64,000 nt of DNA from the NCBI GenBank assembly GCA_013265495.1, contig MU057724.1:1503102-1567101 (forward strand). Direction: 5' to 3'. Position 1 is the first letter of the stretch. Each line of letters begins with the position of its first letter. Made by a program: the position numbers and the translations under genes. This DNA is from Vicugna vicugna (taxonomy: Eukaryota). Positions 37,200 through 50,495 of the stretch are shown here, in pieces. A model generated the notes under the pieces. That model did not search any database. It was not told where the DNA came from and saw only the letters and a program-made list of their open reading frames with translations.

Positions 37200-38450
37200 G
37201 CTCGTGGTTTGTTGCAGCTTCATTCCTCCTACCAACGCCACTTCCTGACGGAAGTTTTCTCTTTCTTGCTTTCTTCTTTTACACAGTCTAAGGGATGAGG
37301 GGCGGCGAGCATGAGGAACAGGTAAAGCTGTCTCCCGGAAACGTCTTATGCTTGTACCTCAAAATCTACAGAGGACAACTCAGAAAAGAACGCTGCTACT
37401 TCACCGGAAGCCGTTAAGGAGGCGGTGAAAGGGCCCGGCTTGCCCTCCGATGGCAAGTTCAGAATTGCCTGTTATTCTGATGGAAAGCGATCTGTCCGCA
37501 TCGCAGGCCCTCGTTTCGCCTACGAGCACCCGCGGGAGCGCCGCGTTCCCGGACGGCGGCCCGGGACAGCCGTGGCCCCGCCACCCAGACACACCCACCG
37601 CCGCGCCCACGCCGACAGGCGACGCGTCCAGACCGGGGTGGGGCCGGGGCCGCAGNNNNNNNNNNNNNNNNNNNNNNNNNNNNNNNNNNNNNNNNNNNNN
37701 NNNNNNNNNNNNNNNNNNNNNNNNNNNNNNNNNNNNNNNNNNNNNNNNNNNNNNNNNNNNNNNNNNNNNNNNNNNNNNNNNNNNNNNNNNNNNNNNNNNN
37801 NNNNNNNNNNNNNNNNNNNNNNNNNNNNNNNNNNNNNNNNNNNNNNNNNNNNNNNNNNNNNNNNNNNNNNNNNNNNNNNNNNNNNNNNNNNNNNNNNNNN
37901 NNNNNNNNNNNNNNNNNNNNNNNNNNNNNNNNNNNNNNNNNNNNNNNNNNNNNNNNNNNNNNNNNNNNNNNNNNNNNNNNNNNNNNNNNNNNNNNNNNNN
38001 NNNNNNNNNNNNNNNNNNNNNNNNNNNNNNNNNNNNNNNNNNNNNNNNNNNNNNNNNNNNNNNNNNNNNNNNNNNNNNNNNNNNNNNNNNNNNNNNNNNN
38101 NNNNNNNNNNNNNNNNNNNNNNNNNNNNNNNNNNNNNNCGGGCGCGGGCCCGGCCGCCCCGGGCGGGAGCAGGGGCGCGCGGCGGCCGGCGGGGCGTGGT
38201 CCTAGGCGGGGGGTGGGGGTTCCACGCAGCGTCCCCGGGGCGCTCAGCGGACCGTCGGGAAGAGCGTGTCACTCTGTTTGTGGGTCTGGCACCTTCCATC
38301 CTCTCTTCCCCCGAAGGGACCTGCCTGGAAATCTCCCCTCACCCTTTAAGTCCTCCCGGGCACCGCTCTCCCTATACAGCCCCCCCCCGTCCCCGGTGGT
38401 CGGACAAGCTCCCCTGTTTCCTGTTCTCCCGCTACCTGCATCCACCACAG
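37200..38450. promoter_or_regulatory. CpG island / probable promoter, core hidden in assembly gap
   Basis: Very dense CpG and GC on both gap flanks. GC boxes (gggcggga, ggggcgtgg) at ~38160-38200. ETS-type ggaa sites at 37240-37255, ~37335 and ~37404. Confidence 0.7.
37656..38138. other. Assembly gap (483 N)
   Basis: Run of N. Confidence 1.
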
Positions 38451-40619
38451 ACACAGCACGATGCGCTTCAACCGTTACCGTGCGCCTCCTGTACTAGACG
38501 AAGCCCGAGCAGGATGAGAGGATGCCTTACTCATCTTTGCGTCTCAAATGCCAAGCCCACTGCCCAGCACACAACCCGGCGCACTTAGTCAGAGAGAATA
38601 AGAAGGTCACCGAGAGGGGGATGCTGTGTTAGAGATTCGGGTCCACAGAGGCACGACCGGTGCTCTACGTCTGGAACCATCATAGCCTGAGGTCTCAGAA
38701 TAGCAGTGATGATGTTGACAGCTCACCTTCGCTAAGTGCCTTCCACGACCACCACGCCGAGCCGGTGCGATGAGCAGGTGCAGAGCAGAGCTGGATGGTG
38801 GCATTTAACCTGTTTCTTTTTTGACCAACGACTGTGAAGACTGGTCTGTGCTTCATCTGACCCTGAAGACAGCACTCATGTTTTCCTGAACACGTCCTGG
38901 TGTTCAAAGCGTCCCAGGTGCTTCCATCAGGACAACGGGGGAGTTTAGGAACTGGGAGGCTGCGCTGGTCTCAAGACGTTCTGCCTCAGATTGCAGTGAA
39001 ACACCGCATCCCCTAAGCAAAATGCACACCTGTGGTGACGGCGGGCCAGCAGGTGCATTCAACCTGACAGCCACCCTCGGTCCGTGGACCGCAGCAGCTC
39101 CTGGGGCTGACAATGGCTGGTGTCTCCTGGGGGACCCTGGGGAGTGGATCTGTGGCATAAATTACTGCCACTGACATTCGACGGGGAACGAGTTTCCTTC
39201 TTGTTGAGGCTGCCCAGACAGGAGGGCCACCAGCCCAGGGGCTCAGGTGCACACGGACTGAGGAGAACACACTGGCAGGCCTCACCGTCCCTGCTGTGAT
39301 TTACGGAGCTCATAATAACTGAGTAGGATTGAAAAGGCAAACAATTTTGCAATCAAAATAAGTTCTTACTGTGGAAGCACACTGTGTGTGGAGTTAACCG
39401 CACTGTCAGCCTCCCGCACAGCGTCAAGAACGGATGGCTCAACAAAGCCACCTCCAGCTCGGCCGCCCCGCGTGGCTTTGACAATCCCATGATTAAAAAT
39501 ATCAGACACACCTTGAAGTTGGGAAGGATGTGCTGTGAACGGCATCACAAAGCTCCCCACTGTCCACACGAACACTGTCCTCTGAGGAGAAGCAGGTAAT
39601 TATCCTGAAGGAAAGCTGCCAGCAACAGTAGCAGCGTTTTTTATGGAAGTCCAGCGTTCCAAAGCCTGGTCAAGCTGTGCAAAGTGTTTCCTTTTTTCCA
39701 ACACTGATTCAAGTATGTTAGCAATTTGTTATCTGGGGGAAGGTATGAAATGCTATCTCTTGGACCACCTTGCTTTAATGGTAAACATTAAAACAAAGTG
39801 GATATTATTACATCCCTGTGGCTATTTCTTACCACAAGAATTGAACTCTCAGTAATATTACAGTGAAAAGTAATTCATGCTGTGTCTATCACTCTTCAGC
39901 TTGTGAGAATCCTGTCCAGTTCAATATTACAGACACAGGAAGCTTTTCACTCAGAGTCGATCATCTTTGACATATTGAATCTTCTCCAGATGATGGTGTA
40001 AGAAGTTTAACCTTAAAGGGCAATAACAATGGTCATGAACAAATATTGAAAACTACATAAGAAAATTAATCAACCATATCCATATCAGTTAATTCATTTT
40101 TAAGAATATTAAAAGTATACGAAAATTTATATGACACAGGAAGAAAAGTGTATGACAGACAACAAAAACAGTAACTTTTTAACACTGTTAAATATTCCAA
40201 AATTGAGTTGGAAAATGTTATTAAGGAGAAATAAAAGAGTTGAAAAGCTTTAAATATACAAAGGTGTGTGTTTTTCATATTATCAACTACATATTATATT
40301 AATACATATTATGTATTGTATTATATAATGCAACATAGTATTAAGTATTATATATTTATGAATGTATACATATGTATGTTTATATACTTCGCAATATGTG
40401 GGTCCAAATATCATTCCACATCTGGGTGTCACAGTAAAATTAAAATTAATTACAATACTTTAAAAAATGACAATATATACAAACGAGATTGCTTCATTGT
40501 CCTAAAAAGTTCACTAACATAAAAAATTTCGAGAAAAAATACCAGTGGTGTGACTACTGCAGGCAAGAGGGCTATCAGCGTCGCTGCAGAAAGAGCTTCC
40601 CCGCGGAGGGACGGCATAC

Positions 40620-40638
40620 NNNNNNNNNNNNNNNNNNN
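40620..40638. other. Assembly gap (19 N)
   Basis: Run of N. Confidence 1.
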
Positions 40639-41348
40639 CGCACACCCCCTGTCCCGACCACAACACTGACCTCCAGAAGCCAGTGTCACCTTTTCTAGTC
40701 AAAAAACAAACAAAAAAACACATTGGGTTGTCGTTACATTAGCTAAAGATATTTGAAAGAAAAAAGAGACAAATTGATTTGATTTCTCATTCAAGGAAGG
40801 ACGTGAATAAAAAGGTAAAAAGGTCACAGGCGAATGACATAATGGGCAACACTTGCAGTTTCTAAATGGGATGCAGAAAACACTCGATTTCGTACGAGGA
40901 ATGCTTGCAATGCATTAAGGAAGACTATATTGTATATAGGCAAGTTATAAAAGAGAAAAACCACAAAGTTAATAAGTATAGAATAGATGCTCAAAATCAC
41001 GTATAACCTCAGAAAGAGAAGTGTATCCAGAAACTACCCCTTCACCCTTATTCCAGCAAAAATGGGGAACTGACTGACGCCAAGCTTTGTCAGGGCTGAT
41101 GGGCACGGCGGACGGGTGAGGAGGCAGAGTCCACGTCTCTATTTCTGAAATTTTATTTTAGTGATTTTGCAGGGTGTGGCTTTTACTTAGTAAAATGATG
41201 TCTGCCTACACCCCCTCACCCAGCAAGCCGGCCCACAAGTGTATCCTGAGACCCTCTCACACAGGTCCAGCAGGGGGGTGAACAAGAATGTTGACTGCAA
41301 CTTTATGCAAAACTCTATTTAAGAAAGCTGCCTATTTTTAATGAAACC

Positions 41349-41380
<32 letters not shown>

Positions 41381-43900
41381 AAGCCCCGAACAGCACTACA
41401 GATGCTTGTAGCTGAACTCATTTATTTCAACCACTGATTGTCAATAAGGCAAAACCTCCTCCACCCATCTGCACAAAAAGAGCAGCTCTGACGTGCAGAC
41501 ACTCGGCGCGCGCTGAGAGCATCCCCACTGGAGGACACAGCAGTCAGTCATCACCACCTGTCCGCCCTGCTAGGACCACGGCTCAGGGGTCAGTGCCGTC
41601 TCCTGGAGTCTGCCTACGAGAGGACTCTCACCTCCAACAGGAACCAATAAACTGAGAGAAAGGATCTTATTTTGTATAAACTTATGACAATCATCTTTGT
41701 AAATGGTCACCACTAAGAATCAACCAGCGGAGGTCTACAGCTCTATAGCCAGATTGCTGACAAAGCGTAAACTGATGCCAGTTACACTGGCCAACTCGAG
41801 ACGCTTCCAAATATGGAGGTACTTGTTCTCGTGATGGCAGATCTCTCCTTGCAGTCTGATTGATTGGTTTTTAATTTTAATTTTACTGAACCAGAGTAAC
41901 TCATGCATGTTGAATTCCATTTATCCTGGCTCCACATTTTTCTGGCTGTGAATACATCTTGCATTCCATAATTTTTAGTTCCTAAGAAAACCCAATATAC
42001 ATTTGCAAATTCTTGCTTTTTCTGTTCCCTTTTGGCATTGGTATTTTTGCCATTTGATAACCGTTTAACATAGTTTACACCAAAGAGCTCAGATTTTTAA
42101 AAAATTAAATTAGCTTGGATTTAATATTAACATGTTTAACAAGAAAGCCTCTAGAAAGACTGGCGGGTTGGGAGGTGAATCCATTAGGACCAGGAGCAGA
42201 AGCTGCCCAAGGACTTTATTCGGGTGCGGGAGGGGCTCAACATGCACCAAGGACGCCGAGAGCGAAGCGCCCCCCAGACCCCTGCTCCCTTGTGTCCATT
42301 TACCGCAGAGCTTCCCTGACGATTTCTCTTCACTTAGAATTTCATTTTGTGCTAAAAGAGGATTCTGCCACTTTAAAAAAATGTTAAAACCAGTGGAATT
42401 ATTTCTAATAATTCCATTTGAAAAATCAGCCCCACAGAGGAGGGCCTGGGGAAGGCCCCAGACTCGAATGCTGAAGCTTGAAACAGAGCAAACGACAGTG
42501 ACGTTTCTAAATGAACGACTGCTTTCTGTGTGATGCTTCCATGTCCACAAACACACCTAGGGTAACTCGTTTAAACTGTGCTTTATGCTCTCACAAAAAG
42601 AAATTACTTATTTCTTCCCGCAATCACAGATACCTGCTTTTGTCCAGGCAGCTCCTGGAGGTGGGCCGCCCGCAGCCTCGCAGAGCCATTCGGCTGCGTG
42701 TCTGTCCAGCAGCACTTGATCCTGGAGGCTCACTGTGAACTGCAGACGAGCGACAGAGAAGTTCTAAAACTATGTCACAATTTTAAATTATTTTATAATT
42801 TTTTATTCCAAGGGGAACACGGAAATCTGTTTAAATATGCTGTGTAACTAGAATGTATTTCCAATTATTTACGACGAAGGATTTCCGAGGGTGTAGGAGC
42901 CTGCGTGTGCCTGCCTGCGGGGAACGCAGAATGACACGGGGCTGGTTGGGGAAGTAGGAACGCAGGGGTCAACGAGGAGGAATTACTTCTAAATCTCGTG
43001 GGCGCTGCGTCATACGATTAAATCCTCACCATGATTATTTATTAGCTGTGATAGACACATTTAAAACAGAAATCATACTTGAATCAACAAAATCTCCAAA
43101 CTCTCACCCACAGTAAACTTTCAAACCCTTTGCTCTACAAACTTCAGAATGAAAAACCATGAAGATGAATGCTCTTCATTTCATGTTAAGATGAATGTTC
43201 CTCCACTATCTGATAAGATCCCTTTGAATAAGTCACATTCAAGTCAAATTCTAGAGATTTCCATCTATTCAGATCTTTTACGGTTGAGTTTGTTTAGCGG
43301 ACAGCGAGCAGCTGCATGGACAGCTGTAAAATCTGTCCACGACTCTCTTACTAACGTGGAAAACAAATCTGCAGGGGCCGCTTAGCAGGGGGTCTGCCAT
43401 GTCCGGTGACCCCTAAGCATGACTTTCCAAACGCCCTTCTGAGCTGGCCTGATGATCCTTCCCCTTCGCGGTCCTATCCTTTTGCTGTCCCTGCCACTCC
43501 TGGCCCCACCCACCACCTGGAAACAGGAGAAACATGACAAAATAAAGAATATTTGGCAAAGTGGATCTGTTTCAGGTTTCCTGTTGTGCGCAGGGAGTGA
43601 CGCTTTTGGAAAGCCTCCATTTATAAGGAAGGCTGCAGGCTAAGTAACTCTGGGAGTAGATAAAACCTTAGGTCACCCCAGTCCATGACAGCCCCCGGGA
43701 CTGCCTGCGAGGGACTGGTAACAGGGTCCCAGAAATCCGGCCCGGAGCACAGCCCGCAGTCTGCGGCCTGACGTCCACGGCTGAGGGAAGGCAGGCTGGG
43801 GGTGAGCGGACGACTGTCAGAGCTGACACAGCAGGACCGTGTGGGAATCTAGGTCGCCCACCCGGCCTGCTGTCCTTTCGGGAACATTCACAGGCTCTTC

Positions 43901-43949
43901 ATTTTTGTTCATTGCAGGTGACTCGGAGTCACCTGCAATGAACAAAAAT
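43901..43949. repeat. Perfect inverted repeat, 24-bp arms with 1-nt centre
   Basis: atttttgttcattgcaggtgactc-g-gagtcacctgcaatgaacaaaaat; the arms are exact reverse complements. Confidence 0.97.
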
Positions 43950-46077
43950 ACTTCTCCGTTGAAGAACGGACTCAGGACGCAGAACAAGCGAGGTCGCAAA
44001 AGCAGGCGGGAGTTACGACCAGTCGCGGAGTCAAGGCCCCAGCGCTGGGAAGTTTGATTTCAACTTTTTAATAGCAACTGGGACGCACAGATAGCCAAGT
44101 CTGGGGGGGCACTGTTATAGTCAAAGGGCTCTCACACACACGACGTGTTTTTGTAAACCTCCTGAAGCTCTACATCTCACCGAAAAACAGAAACACCACT
44201 AAAATGGCCAACTTGCTAGGTCATTGAGGAAACTCTGATCCACTGGTGAGAAATCCCGGAAGACCTGCACACCTCAAGGCAGGAAGCGTGGGCTGCAGGA
44301 ACCCACCGGGCAGCATCCCCGGGCCTCCCGCGTACCCTGGTGGCCCGGTCCCACCCCCAGCACCAGAACAGCACGCGCTCAGGTGAAGCGCTTTGCTGCT
44401 GCATTCAAACCCACTCTTCTGGTGGGTTTTACCAGGTCTGTGGCCTCCACGCCTCACACAGAGAAGCACTTTCATTTACACTGCTGACGACCAGAGTCCT
44501 GTTCACCCGAGTGCCCACACCACGATTCACATCTTTCCTTGAAGCCTTTTTTAAATTTTATTTATCGTTTGTTCAGCCCGCCTAGGGAAGGAAATTAATC
44601 TGCAGGTAACTGTGATCCTGGCTTAAAAGGACATCAAAAGAACTAAGGAAAGTTGGTAGAACACCTGTTAAGATGCCACCAGAAGGGAACATCTTAAAAC
44701 ATCTAATCTGTGCACTAGTCAAATAAAAGCAGCCTGCCTCTTTTATAAACGTACTGAATGATTAATGGACCATTTCAAGACCAATTAAAGACTCTCGGCA
44801 CACAGGGCTGCGAGTCACACAAGCCTGGGGCTGCAAGAGACAAAGGACTAGCAGATGGTGGCTTCAGTGCCGACTGGCTGGCTGCAAGGAAACCCGAGCA
44901 TCCTGGAGCCTGAGAAATTAACAGGCCCCAAAGGTGATCAGAGTTTAAACTGCAACAGATGCAGATGAGCACACAGGAGAAACAGAACCTAAGTCAGAAG
45001 CGGAGAAGCGAAGGACCAGCTCGGTGTGGAGGAAAGGAGCCAGCCGTGCGGGGCAGAGGTCTGATGAGGCCCCACGCTTCCGAAACACAGCCATTAAACA
45101 TAGAAAAAACGCAACCAAAACAAAACCCCAGCACCATCTCTCTGAAAGCATTTTTCAATCTCGACACATTGAAAGTCTAAAACTAATGTTTGGCTCCTTT
45201 AAAAGTAATTTCCCCCAGGACTTACCAAGGACTCAAAAAAAATTTCACTTCTGCACCTTCTCAGAGCGCAGAAAATGTTTTTCACGCCATTAACATTTCT
45301 AGAGGAAAATACAGGTTTTCTGCAGACACACCAACGGAAACAAGAAATAATTGATCTACTGCTGCTTGAGGAGTTGGTGCTGCCAAACAGTTCAGTTCAG
45401 AAAACACTGCCTGACCGCTGGCTTTGCCAGGCTGGTGCAGGGTCCTGCCTGCTGCTGGGTCCACTCCCGGACCCACAGCCGCCCGACCAGGACTCCAGGA
45501 GGTTGGGCAGGTCCCCGTTGCGAACCTTTTCTTCTGGGTTTCTCAGGGTCCAGTGTTTTTGTTTTTTTGATAAGAGAACATCTATGCAGATGTGTTAAGT
45601 AAAACAATACAATCTCTTAACACAGGTATGAGGGCTCCGTAGCGTGTTGTATGAAGGGCCCACCTTCCAAAGGTTCATTTGGCATTAAGCAATTTCGTTA
45701 CTTTAAACGCAATTCTAAAATCATCTAACTTTGAACCCCATGGAGACCATTTGCAAAGGAATGTACCAGCCATGATGGAATCACATCTTTACCGAAGATG
45801 ATTTAGTTTCCTAAATATTGTTCTAGCTGCTTCTGGCGAACACGCCGCAATGCTGGGAGGGCGCAGGGCTCAGAGAGCTGGGCGCGTGCCCGTCCCTCAC
45901 CTCGCCCGGTGCAGCCCCTCCACTGGCTGCTCCTGAGTTACATGCTGTCGGAAGCCCCAGACCCTTGGAGCACTGACAGGACGGACACAGTCCCTTCCTT
46001 CATGGACGCAGAGTCTCCCTCGAGGACAAACTCCATGGGACGCTCATCTCAGCCTCCACATGATGGTGAATTCAGAC

Positions 46078-46151
46078 AAAAGGAAGGAGGAAGAGAAGGA
46101 GGAGGGGAAGAGGGGGAGGAGAAAGGGAGGAGGAGGGGGAGGGGGAAGAAG
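46078..46151. repeat. Polypurine (GA-rich) low-complexity tract
   Basis: aaaaggaaggaggaagagaaggaggaggggaagagggggaggagaaagggaggaggagggggagggggaagaag. Confidence 0.9.
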
Positions 46152-46369
46152 ATACAGGCGTACATACCTTAAACATACAGAGAAATAAAGCAAGTGTCAC
46201 AAAACAAAAGCTCTGTTCTAAAACTCTGAACCCTGGTATGTCAGATGTCACTGAATGTGTCCAGACCATCTATCCTCTGACAAAACAATGCAGAATTCAC
46301 CAAGGCCCCTCCTCGATTTAAAAATGACACAGAATGAGCAGCAGCACCCCACCCGCAAGGGTAAAGTGC

Positions 46370-46628
46370 ACCTCTCCCTCCCCTCCCCCTGCTCCCTCCN
46401 NNNNNNNNNNNNNNNNNNNNNNNNNNNNNNNNNNNNNNNNNNNNNNNNNNNNNNNNNNNNNNNNNNNNNNNNNNNNNNNNNNNNNNNNNNNNNNNNNNNN
46501 NNNNNNNNNNNNNNNNNNNNNNNNNNNNNNNNNNNNNNNNNNNNNNNNNNNNNNNNNNNNNNNNNNNNNNNNNNCCTCCACCCCTTTCCTCCCCTCTCCC
46601 TCCCTCTCTCTCCCTCCCGCCCCCTCCT
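46370..46628. repeat. Polypyrimidine (CT-rich) tract containing a 175-N gap (46400-46574)
   Basis: cctctccctcccctcccc flanks on both sides of the N run. Confidence 0.8.
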
Positions 46629-46851
46629 GGCTTCCTCATTACCATGATGTTCCTTCAAAAATTCAAAGCAAGTCTCCATGGTTCAAAGTACTCCTTTCAC
46701 TGTCAGCCTCATGCAAACCAAGCAGCAATCTTATGTAAAAACACTAAGTTTTGCATAAGTAGAATTTACTTATTAGCTCTTTTCCTTGAAAATAGGCCAA
46801 CAAACACATTTGGTTTAATGGAGAAGGATCGATAGCCTTATGAAATAAGGC

Positions 46852-46950
46852 AACTCATTGCAACAAGCGTTTATTGAGTGCTTTCTAGGCACCAGGCACG
46901 GGGCCTACGTACCAGAAACATAAAGAGAAATAAATTACCATCCGTGCCCA
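46852..46950 (-). mobile_element. L2 3'-end relic
   Basis: caacaagcgtttattgagtgctttctaggcaccaggcac resembles the antisense L2 terminus. Confidence 0.55.
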
Positions 46951-49900
46951 CAAACTGCAAATACCCTCCACCTACGAAGGCATGTTTAAGTGTCAGTCAG
47001 AGCACAGCTGTGAGGCTCGCCTGCCGTCCACCATAACCATCATCATCATATTCACCACGGTTCCAACTGCTCTAAAAGGACCAAAGTCTCCATGGCCTAG
47101 AACCTCAGCACTAGGGAAAGTATGGCTAGTTTAGAACTCTCCTCCATCACGTCACTATCTTGATCAACACCGTCTAGTGGGGAGATTATGAACTAGAAGC
47201 CCGAGTCAGGAGCCCTGCAGCCACTCTGCGCCTTTCTGTCACTCTCATAGGCACGGCCTCTACTCCGCCAGACATGGCCACCCTCTCTCCCAAATCGTCC
47301 CCATGGATGTCCATCTGTGCCCTCAACTCATCCTTTCTCCAGCTGGAATGCGTTCCCTCCTCTTTGAATTTAGTCAATTATTCACTACAAAATTATTTTT
47401 TATGGTTATTTCTAGGTACTGGAAATCACTTTATTTTCCTGCCAAGAAGCTTAAAAGAATCTCCAGAATTACACCGACAAACGGTTGGCTTCTAATTTAT
47501 TTCTGCCCTTTCTGGAACAGCTCCTGGACACGCCCCGGACCTTCGCACTGTCGCCTCCAGGACTCCCCGTCGCTCGGAAACTTGAATTTACTCCAGCGAC
47601 TTTGCTCCAACAGACCCACCTGCCAATTCTCTCATTCTGCTTTTGCTTGCGTCTGACCAGCTTTCAACTCCTCCAAGGACTCTAAAGTAGGACAGAGGTC
47701 ATTTCCAAGGGAGGAGTGAAGGCTGGTGTTAAGGGACACCTGGCTAGCTTCTGATGAAGGGACGGTGTTTCTCAGCCTGGTCCCGTGTTAAACAGATGTT
47801 CGTTCCGAGCATTTGCTATATTACATTTATGTTTCATGCTCTTTCTGTATATGTATTGTCTTTCCATAAAAAACACTCAACAACAAACGGTTAAGACTTG
47901 CGGATGTTAAACATTTCTCGGAGTAAACTCTTCTTTCATTTGTAACCTTCTATGGGATGTGGTCAATGTTTTCACAGACATTTCCATCTACGGTTTAAAC
48001 CCGTTCATTTTACTTCTTCCTTTTCAGTTTCTCGGTTTCCTTCCTAATGATCTGAGTTTCTTCAGTCACTGTATTTAAAAACCTTTATCTCATTCTTTCC
48101 ATCAGCAAGATGATTCTTGATTTGCCCCCTTCTAAACCCTAGTCAGTGCCTTCGCAACCTTGAACACGTGACGCCCGAGTTGACGCTGTCACAAGGCAGA
48201 GCAAGCAGTCTTAAGACATTACAAGCAGTGATTTCTGTTTCTCAAGTACTCTTGAACGCCCTCCAGATGGAAATAAATTGAAGTCTTCTTTCAACTGAAG
48301 TCTTTCTCCTGGGCCAGATGCCAGATTTAATAGTATGCATAATCACCTTCCTGCAAGCTATTTTTAACCTACATGTATTAGTTTTCTGCAAGAATTAAAA
48401 ACACATTTTACAAACATGTCTGAGTTTCTGGCTACAATTAGGAATCCAAATTATACACAAAAAGGACACAAGCTATCTACAATATCTTTTAGAATATTAT
48501 ATGAAGAAACCCAGAAAAAATCAGAGCTGATTATACATGTGGCAGAAGAAAATCAATGAAATTTTGTGCAAGAACGAATGTGTTACTGGAATGTGAAGAA
48601 AAATTACAACGCACGCCCACGCGGTCTTCACTTGCTGCGTCCAGGTAATCCCAGGTGTGGGGCTTCCTCCAGCCCCGCAGGTGCCGCAGACAGTGTCTCC
48701 TGATCCTACCTCTGTGTGCTGGGGCTCCGGAGTAATTCAAGGACTCTCTGTAACAACAGAATTATCAGCATATTTTTTAAGTTACATAATTACAGCACCG
48801 TGAGATAATGCTGAGAAAGAGCTACAGGGGATTTTCATTTCTTTCTGAAGGTTTCCACGTTGTACTGCCTTCGCCTAGTGATACGCAGGCCAGTTTAGAC
48901 CTGAGACCTGTATTTGACTTCAGCTTGGAGTCTGGAAGAGTCACTGCATAGAGGAATCTCCAATGAGGTAAATGAGGTATATGGTCCTGTGCTTTTATTT
49001 CTAATCATTCAATGCAACCGTATTTATGGAAGGAGTTTGATTTTCCGGGTATTTCAAACCACGTACTTAAATTGAACTTGTGATTTTGTGACACCTTCCC
49101 TAGGCAATTAGCCATCTAACTACCCGCTTCCTGCAATTTATAAGAATTTACCTTAAACCTGGTTGAGCAAAACCACGTCTCAACACAAAGGAATGATCTC
49201 ATCATCAAATCATAATTGAGTGGAAAAACATGAAGGCATTTAATTTATTTTAATAAGGAAGTGCAGTGACTGATGTTCAATGAATGAGATAATATCACTC
49301 AATATGAATTATAGAGAACAATCCACAAAGGGAAGTTTCACTTTTCTATAGCATATTTCACATAAATATATAAATTCTCTTTAAACCTTTCTACGTGATA
49401 AAACTGTTCCTTTAATAAGTGCGTTATTTGAGAGTTCCAGTCATTATCAAATAACATATCTAACATGTCTGGAGAACACTGCCTGGATCTTTAGTAATCT
49501 TATCCACTTCATTAGAATCCATACGATTTATCTACTAAAAATAAAGTCCGTATGATCAGCATCTTGGCTGCCGTGTTTAGAAAAATGGTTTTATTTATGT
49601 ATTTATTTTAAAAACGATGTAACATCTAGAGTGTCGGGCACGATGCTAAGACTGGTGAGGAAGCAGCGATCAAAACAAGGTCTCTACTCACGGGCCTGGA
49701 GCTTCACTGAAGCAGCTGTAGTTAAACGAAGCAGAAATGTCTGCTAACAGCTTGTGTTCAACGTAAGATGAGAAATAAACGATGTTCTGACAGACTGTGA
49801 AAAGGGACTGACTCAGCGCGTGTGGTAGGGAGGGGTTAAGCGAAGCCTTCCCCAGTGCTCGTATGTAAGAGGAGGACGTTTAAAAGAAGCAGTGAAGGAG

Positions 49901-50495
49901 CAGCACTGCAGGCAGAGGAGGCAGCGTGCAGACAGCGCTCGGTCAGACGGGAGCTGCAGAGCTCCTGGGAGCTGCAAGGCCACGGTGACGGCCCGTCCTC
50001 GCTGGGCCGCGAGGAGAGGAACGGACGGCGGCTGGGGCGGGCGCCCAGGACCACGCCCTGCGGGAAGGGCTCAGCTTGCCCAGGATTCTGGGCTTCACTT
50101 CAGGACGTGGGACGCTAAGGACGGGTCAGAGCAGACGAATGGTGTTGTCAGATGAGTGTTTTTAAAAGCTCTCTCCAAACACAACAGACACTGCAGGGGG
50201 GAGACACCGAAGCGGGGACAGCAGATAGGACACAACGTAGTCCAGGCAAAACTGGGCGGGCGCCAGCAAGACGCCTGCGGTGAAGACGGAAGGACCCACG
50301 AGTCTGACACATGCTCGCCGACAGAGGCCAGCAGGGCATTCTTCTCAGCCTGGATGGGACTGAACTACTTTAACACAAGCTTTCAAACTACCTGCTTAGA
50401 GGAACTCTACACCTGGTTCTTCAATGAGCTGGAGCATTAGAAAGCAAAGCCCTGTCACAGCTGTGATCTGAGGAACTCTCTGAGGACCCCAAACG

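Noticed and set aside
37425..38588. Longest ORFs in the track (387, 259 and 251 aa)
   Set aside because: They stay open only because they read through 483 Ns; the flanking translations are GC-rich low-complexity peptides with no recognisable domain
46241..46738. ORFs of 87-143 aa
   Set aside because: They span a 175-N gap and low-complexity flanks
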